64,000 bases of DNA, taken from the NCBI GenBank assembly GCA_965224195.1, contig OZ245040.1:544001-608000 (forward strand). Direction: 5' to 3'. The notes beneath the pieces were generated by a model. It ran no database searches, had not been told where the DNA came from, and was given only the letters and a program-made list of their open reading frames with translations. Made by a program: the position numbers and the translations under genes. Positions 58,257 through 64,000 of this stretch are shown piece by piece (within the stretch, counting starts at the first letter, position 1; every line of letters begins with the position of its first letter). This stretch comes from Nitrosopumilus sp. (GTDB lineage: Archaea; Thermoproteota; Nitrososphaeria; Nitrososphaerales; Nitrosopumilaceae).

Positions 58257-59422
58257 TTTTTTGGTGTAAAAGAATATTTTTCTTTAAATGGTGATACTGA
58301 TCTTAATTCTTCAATAATTTTTTTTAATGAATCCACTATTTGATCAATTTCTTTTTCATTATTAAAAATCCCGAGAGTTAATCTTAAAGAACCAGTAATC
58401 TGTTCATGAGAAAACCCCATTGCATGTAAAACATGTGAAGCCCTTTGAGTATTTACAGAACATGCTGAACCCGTAGAGGCAGCAATTCCATATTCATCAA
58501 GTTTGATAATTAGATCCTCACCATTAACACCTAGAAATGTAAAATGAGCATTGTTGGGTAATCTTGATTTAGGATCTCCATTTAAAGTAACTTCAGGAAT
58601 TTCATCAAAGACTTTTTTAATTAAAAGATCACGAAGTTTTGTGACATATGATATATTTTCACTTAAATTATTTTCAGCAATTTCACATGCTTTACCAAAC
58701 CCTACAATATTTGCAACATTTTCAGTACCAGAACGTAATCCATGTTCCTGACCACCTCCAAAAATTATAGGGTCAATTTGGATACCATTTTTGATGTATA
58801 ATGCACCTATACCCTTAGGACCATGAAGTTTATGAGAAGAAATAGATAGTAAATCTATGCCTAATTCTTTCACATCAATAGGAATCCTGCCAATGGCCTG
58901 AACAGCATCAGTATGAAAAGGGATTTCTTTTTCATGACAGATTTGAGCTATTTCAGAAATTTTTTGAATAGTACCAACTTCATTGTTTCCAAACATTATT
59001 GAAACAAGACAAGTATTGTCAGAGATACAGTTTTTGATCTCAAATGGGTCAATCATTCCAAATTTATCAACAGGTAAATACATAATTTCTAATCCATTTT
59101 GAGACAATTTTTTACATGGTTCTAAAATTGCATCATGTTCGATTGAAGAAGTAATGATATTACTTGTAATATTTTTCATACAGATTCCTCTCAATACAGT
59201 ATTGTTTGATTCTGTACCACCAGAAGTGATCAAAATTTCAGATGGATCAGCATTAATCAATGATGCAATTTGTTTTCTAGATTTTTCAATTGCCTTACGA
59301 GACATCCTACCATATCGATGGATTGATGATGCGTTGCCATATTGTTCTTTAAGATAAGGTAGCATTGAAGCTAAAACATCCTCATGGATTTGAGTAGATG
59401 CCGCATTATCTAGATATATCAA
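58253..59422 (-). CDS. iscS: cysteine desulfurase
   Basis: YLDNAAST, TSGGTE, SSHKLHGPKG, STGSAC. Confidence 0.93.
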   Translation of the reverse strand: MIYLDNAASTQIHEDVLASMLPYLKEQYGNASSIHRYGRMSRKAIEKSRKQIASLINADPSEILITSGGTESNNTVLRGICMKNITSNIITSSIEHDAILEPCKKLSQNGLEIMYLPVDKFGMIDPFEIKNCISDNTCLVSIMFGNNEVGTIQKISEIAQICHEKEIPFHTDAVQAIGRIPIDVKELGIDLLSISSHKLHGPKGIGALYIKNGIQIDPIIFGGGQEHGLRSGTENVANIVGFGKACEIAENNLSENISYVTKLRDLLIKKVFDEIPEVTLNGDPKSRLPNNAHFTFLGVNGEDLIIKLDEYGIAASTGSACSVNTQRASHVLHAMGFSHEQITGSLRLTLGIFNNEKEIDQIVDSLKKIIEELRSVSPFKEKYSFTPKN

Positions 59423-60216
59423 TCTGCAATCACATTAATTTTACCAGGTTTATAGCCTTCCGGATCAACTTCAACAGAAGTAAAACCAATTATCTGTAAT
59501 TTTTCAGTGATTTGTTTCAAAATAATTTCAGTAAATTTAGATAACATTTGTTTTTCAACTTCAATTTTTGCAGATCCATCAATATCTCGAACTCTAACTT
59601 GTTTTACTTGTGTAAGTTGTTTAACTATAATTTCACCATATTCAATTCGAATTAATTTTTCAGCAGTTACTCTTTGACCCCATGGAATTCGTGAAGCTAA
59701 ACATGAATTTGATGGTTTGTCAAATACAGATAATCCAACTGTCTTAGCAAATTTTCGAATTTGGGATTTTGAAAAATTAGTTTCTACAAGAGGGCTCCTA
59801 ATTCCATTTAGTTTTAATGCCTCAATTCCAGGTCGGTAATCACCTAAATCATCAAGATTGGTTCCATCTACAATAATATCCACATTTTGATCTTTTGCCA
59901 ATTTAATCAGATGATCTCCTAATTCCATCCTACAGTGAAAACACCTATCAGAGTCATTTTTTGTAAAGTTTTCATTCTCAAGTTCACTATAATCCAAAAG
60001 AAGTTGTTTGATGCCTATTTCAGTGCACACTTGTTTAGCGGTATCCAGTTCTTCAGCAGACAAAGTCTTGTAATCAGCAGTTACTGCAATAGCTGAAGAT
60101 CCAAGTTTTTGAAATGCAGCATATGCAACAAGTGCACTGTCAACTCCACCTGAAAGGGCAATCATAACTTTGTTTTTGTCTTCAAACCAATTTACAAGAT
60201 CATCAAGTTTTGTCAT
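59419..60216 (-). CDS. larE: ATP-dependent sulfur transferase LarE
   Basis: PP-loop SGGVDS, RCFHC, DGTN.DD..DYRPG, SCLASR. Confidence 0.92.
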   Translation of the reverse strand: MTKLDDLVNWFEDKNKVMIALSGGVDSALVAYAAFQKLGSSAIAVTADYKTLSAEELDTAKQVCTEIGIKQLLLDYSELENENFTKNDSDRCFHCRMELGDHLIKLAKDQNVDIIVDGTNLDDLGDYRPGIEALKLNGIRSPLVETNFSKSQIRKFAKTVGLSVFDKPSNSCLASRIPWGQRVTAEKLIRIEYGEIIVKQLTQVKQVRVRDIDGSAKIEVEKQMLSKFTEIILKQITEKLQIIGFTSVEVDPEGYKPGKINVIAD

Positions 60217-61439
60217 TAATTAATCTCCAATTTTTCAATTTCTTTTCTCAATAAAACTTCTGTTTCTTTAATTGATTTATCAATAATATTGGAAATTTTT
60301 TTCAGGTCATCAAATTCTATTTTAAAATCAATTTTACCTTTAAATGATGATTTTTTGTAATGCACTTTAAATGATTGATTATTCATAATAATTGAAACAT
60401 CATGCTTTGTTCTAGGAACAAGAAATCTATTAGAATCTGAAATTCTAATTCCCAAAGTTCCAGTTTCTAATACCAAAGTGTCTATAATTTCATCAACAGT
60501 TTCATTAGTACAAATTACAGAAACCAAATTTGTTGGTCTGCCTTTCTTTGTAATTCCATGGTAAATTGAGACATCTCGTGCCCCTTTATCCATAATTTTT
60601 TCAATCAAATTTCCTAAAATCTCACCTGAAATATCATCAACATTTGTTTCAAGGATTTTTACAGAATCTATTTCAAAATTATTACCGGTGCCTCTTACAA
60701 TTTTTAAAACATTAGAAAAAGTTTCAAAATCTTTCTGCCCTGCACCATATCCAATAGATTCCAACTTTAGTTGAGGATAATATTTTGCAGATTCATCTAC
60801 TAAATTTACCAAAATACAGGCTCCAGTAGGAGTTGTAAGTTCTTCATTTGCATCATTTCCTTTAATTTCAAGATTTGAGTTTTTGAAAATTTCAAGAATA
60901 GCACTTGCAGGATTTGACATGGTACCATGAGAAAAGGTTACAGAACCACCTCCAACTGCAACAGGTAAACAAATGATTTTTTCATCAAACAATCCCAAAT
61001 CTTCCAATGCAATTGTAATTCCAATAATATCCACTAGAGTGTCAATACTAGATGTTTCGTGAAAATGAACAGATTCTGTAGGAATTCCATGAATTTTAGA
61101 TTCTGAAAAAATCAAAGTATCAATGCACGATTCTGCAAAAGATGCTGCTTTTGGGGACAAGTTGATTTTTTGAGCAGATTCAATAATAGCACTTTTAATT
61201 TCAGAGCCTTTTCTTTCATGAATATCTTCATCAATTTCTAAAACCAAATGAAGGGATTCAACTCCATGTTTTTGGATTTTTTCAAAATCAATTTTTTTTA
61301 TTGTAGAATTAGAAAGGAATTTTTCTGATTGTTTGATTCCTAAAATAATCTTATTTTTGTCAGCGCCAAGATCCACTAATGAGCAAAGAAGCATATCTCC
61401 AGATATACCTGCAATCTGAGGATCAATTACAAGAACCAT
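60216..61439 (-). CDS. larC: nickel-pincer cofactor nickel insertase LarC
   Basis: AGISGDM, VHFHE, ELTTPTG, LETNVDD, KKGRP, ETGTLGIR. Confidence 0.92.
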   Translation of the reverse strand: MVLVIDPQIAGISGDMLLCSLVDLGADKNKIILGIKQSEKFLSNSTIKKIDFEKIQKHGVESLHLVLEIDEDIHERKGSEIKSAIIESAQKINLSPKAASFAESCIDTLIFSESKIHGIPTESVHFHETSSIDTLVDIIGITIALEDLGLFDEKIICLPVAVGGGSVTFSHGTMSNPASAILEIFKNSNLEIKGNDANEELTTPTGACILVNLVDESAKYYPQLKLESIGYGAGQKDFETFSNVLKIVRGTGNNFEIDSVKILETNVDDISGEILGNLIEKIMDKGARDVSIYHGITKKGRPTNLVSVICTNETVDEIIDTLVLETGTLGIRISDSNRFLVPRTKHDVSIIMNNQSFKVHYKKSSFKGKIDFKIEFDDLKKISNIIDKSIKETEVLLRKEIEKLEIN

Positions 61440-61528
61440 GATTCAAAATTATCAAAAATGCTTATAAATTCGACTAATATTTCATGAATTTCATTAGATT
61501 TAATTATTCAAAATCAACACAGATTTTC

Positions 61529-62443
61529 ATGATTACCATAATTGGTTCAGGTAAAGTAGGTGGAGATGCAGCATTATTTTCAGCTTTAAAGCGATTGGAT
61601 GATCAAATATTATTGCTTGATGTTGCAGAAGGACTTCCTCAAGGAGAAGCAATGGATATCAATCACATGTTATCTGAACAAGGAATCGATGTTGAAGTGA
61701 AAGGTTCAAACAATTTTGCAGATATGAAGGGTTCAAAAGCTGTAGTTGTCGTAGCAGGTTCTGGAAGAAAACCAGGAATGACAAGAATGGATCTTTTGAA
61801 AATTAATGCATCAATTGTAAAAAGTGTGGTTGAAAATGTAAAAAAATATGCAGATGACTCTATGATAATTCCAGTTACCAATCCATTGGATCCTATGGCA
61901 TACATTACTTACAAGGTATCAGGATTTGATAGAAGCAGGGTATTCGGCATGGGTGGAATGTTAGATTTATCAAGATTTAGACAGTTTATTCATGAAGCAA
62001 CTGGACATTCACGTGATTCAATCAGAGCATTAGTAATTGGTGAACACGGAGAAAACATGTTACCATTGCCAAGATTTTCATCTGTATCAGGAATTCCGTT
62101 ATCATCTTTTCTTCCAAAAGAAAAATTAGATGAATTAGTTCTAAATACAAAACAAGTAGCAGCAAAAGTAATTGAATTAAAAGGTGCCACAGTTCATGCC
62201 CCAGGTAATGCAATTTCTGCAATTCTAGAATCAGTTGTAAGAGATAGAAAACAAGTCATTCCAGTTGCAACATATCTTGATGGAGAATATGGTCATTCAG
62301 ATGTAACAATAGGAGTTCCAGCAATTATTGGAAAGAAAGGAGTAGAGAAAATTATTGAATTAGACCTGAATGATGAAGAAAAACAAGTCTTCAATAAAGC
62401 AGTAGAAAGTGTAAAGAGCGCCATATCAGGCATTGAAATCTAA
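61529..62443 (+). CDS. mdh: malate dehydrogenase (LDH-like)
   Basis: [27 protein letters not shown]; start reassigned to MITII. Confidence 0.93.
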   Translation: MITIIGSGKVGGDAALFSALKRLDDQILLLDVAEGLPQGEAMDINHMLSEQGIDVEVKGSNNFADMKGSKAVVVVAGSGRKPGMTRMDLLKINASIVKSVVENVKKYADDSMIIPVTNPLDPMAYITYKVSGFDRSRVFGMGGMLDLSRFRQFIHEATGHSRDSIRALVIGEHGENMLPLPRFSSVSGIPLSSFLPKEKLDELVLNTKQVAAKVIELKGATVHAPGNAISAILESVVRDRKQVIPVATYLDGEYGHSDVTIGVPAIIGKKGVEKIIELDLNDEEKQVFNKAVESVKSAISGIEI

Positions 62444-62476
62444 GCATTTTTTTAGACTAAGAAATGAAATTCATCA

Positions 62477-63259
62477 ATGGAAATTTATGAAATTTTAGAG
62501 TTATTAAAAAAAGGAAAAATTTCTGTAAATAATGCAAAAAAGCTTTTGTCATTATATTCAATTGAAGAAGTAGAGGGTTTTGCTAAAATTGATATAAATC
62601 GAAGAAAACGAAGAGGAATTCCAGAAGTAATTTTTGCAGAAACTAAACAATTAGATGAGATTAAAAAAATTACAAAAAAAGTTTTAGAAAAGACCAATTC
62701 AGTAATAATATCAAGAATCAAGAAAGAAGATTATTCAAAAATTTTATCTTTTTCTAAAAAATTAAAAGTAAAAATCAAAACTGGAAAAAATTCATCATCA
62801 TTGTTATTATTTAAAAAACCAATAAAATTTCAAGGTGGAAAAATAGGGATTATGACTGCAGGTACATCAGATATTGGAGTTGCAGAAGAATCAAGATTAA
62901 TGTGCGAAGCAATGAATTGTAAATGTATTACAAGTTATGACGTAGGAGTTGCAGGGATTCAGAGAGTTTTTCCAATTTTAAAAAAAATGATAAATGAAGA
63001 TGTGGATTGTATCATAGTTGCTGCAGGAATGGAAGGAGCATTAGCTACGCTAGTATCCACACTAGTAGATATTCCAATCATAGGAATTCCTACATCTGTA
63101 GGTTATGGATATGGAGAGAAGGGGATAGCAGCTCTTGCATCAATGCTTCAAAGCTGTTCATTAGGATTATCAGTAGTAAATATTGATAATGGGATTGCAG
63201 CTGGAGGGATTGCGGCAAATATTGCAAACAGAGCAATCAGGAAAAATTATTCAGATTAG
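62477..63259 (+). CDS. larB: nickel-pincer cofactor biosynthesis carboxylase/hydrolase LarB
   Basis: GIPEVIF, AGTSD, DVGVAG, AGMEGAL, PTSVGYG, VVNIDNG. Confidence 0.93.
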   Translation: MEIYEILELLKKGKISVNNAKKLLSLYSIEEVEGFAKIDINRRKRRGIPEVIFAETKQLDEIKKITKKVLEKTNSVIISRIKKEDYSKILSFSKKLKVKIKTGKNSSSLLLFKKPIKFQGGKIGIMTAGTSDIGVAEESRLMCEAMNCKCITSYDVGVAGIQRVFPILKKMINEDVDCIIVAAGMEGALATLVSTLVDIPIIGIPTSVGYGYGEKGIAALASMLQSCSLGLSVVNIDNGIAAGGIAANIANRAIRKNYSD

Positions 63260-63317
63260 AATTTCAGACTGATCAATCTCGTAAATGATATATAACAACT
63301 AAGAAGAAGGTGGATAA

Positions 63318-64000
63318 TTGGCTGGCAAACGTGTTGTACTTACTGCTGATCGTAGTTTAATGACAAATTATAGAGGGAATTTTCTTTATGGATTTATTGC
63401 GTGTGGGCCATATGAGGTTCTACCTGAATGGGTTTTTGATAAAGTATTTTGTCCTTCAGTTGAAACAGACCCAATTACAGGAGAGGTAAAAGTGGCCCAA
63501 GTGGGATTAAGAAGAATTGAAAGTTCATTGATTCAAGGGGGATACAAAAGAGAAGATGTGTTCATGGCACATCCTGAAATGTTAAACAAATCAATTGGTC
63601 CAGATACCAAAGTTGTCGGAATTAACGTAATGGATCCATTAGGAATGGCACCAGTTACTACAACCATGTCTCCAGAAAAATTATCCTATGTTGCAATGAA
63701 ATTCAAAAAAATGTGTGCCAGTATAATTCAGTTAAAAAAGAAATATGATTTCAAAGTTGTAGTCGGAGGTAATGGAGCATGGGAGTTAGCAAAGTCAGAT
63801 AGAATGAAAATACATGGAATTGATACGGTTGTTGTTGGAGAAGCAGATGAATTAGCAGTAGATTTATTCCAAGACTTGGAAAAAAATGATGCGCCAGAAC
63901 TGATGCATTGTTTTGTAAGAAATCTTGAAAATATTCCAGTCATTGAAGGACCAACAATTAATTCATTGATTGAAGCAATGAGAGGTTGCGGAAGAGGATG
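63318..64000 (+). CDS. B12-binding radical SAM protein (truncated by window end)
   Basis: TTG start, open frame to end; VVVGGNGAW, VVGEAD, EAMRGCGRGC start of CxxxCxxC. Confidence 0.85.
   Translation, partial: MAGKRVVLTADRSLMTNYRGNFLYGFIACGPYEVLPEWVFDKVFCPSVETDPITGEVKVAQVGLRRIESSLIQGGYKREDVFMAHPEMLNKSIGPDTKVVGINVMDPLGMAPVTTTMSPEKLSYVAMKFKKMCASIIQLKKKYDFKVVVGGNGAWELAKSDRMKIHGIDTVVVGEADELAVDLFQDLEKNDAPELMHCFVRNLENIPVIEGPTINSLIEAMRGCGRG

Overview
AT-rich archaeal DNA, almost certainly from a Nitrosopumilus-like ammonia-oxidising archaeon (Nitrososphaerota): fused Rpo1, PEFG-CTERM and CFI-box-CTERM proteins, intron-containing tRNA. Core blocks are alaS-leuS (6.3-11.8 kb) and 38.9-64 kb (rpo5-rpo2-rpo1-lsm, rpl30e-nusA-rps12-rps7, tRNA-Gln, PEFG-CTERM array, larC-larE-iscS, mdh, larB). 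There are two accessory regions. The first (1-6.2 kb) holds a nonsense-split tyrosine recombinase, a repeat-dense control region and cargo genes. The second (about 11.9-36.5 kb) is a defence-type island. Its centrepiece is a candidate archaeal 7-deazaguanine DNA modification/restriction system: queE and queD, an operon of AAA ATPase, winged-helix protein, SF2 helicase, DUF1998-like protein and PLD nuclease, and a convergent pair encoding a PUA-less TGT/DpdA-like enzyme and an extra PCNA fused to a winged-helix domain. No dpdB, dpdC, queC or methyltransferase is visible in the window. Two IS5-family elements with intact ends hit the island: one in the putative TGT promoter, one inside a membrane-bound KaiC-like gene. 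A candidate four-way-junction ncRNA lies at 39.5 kb. All family assignments come from motifs read by eye, not database searches.
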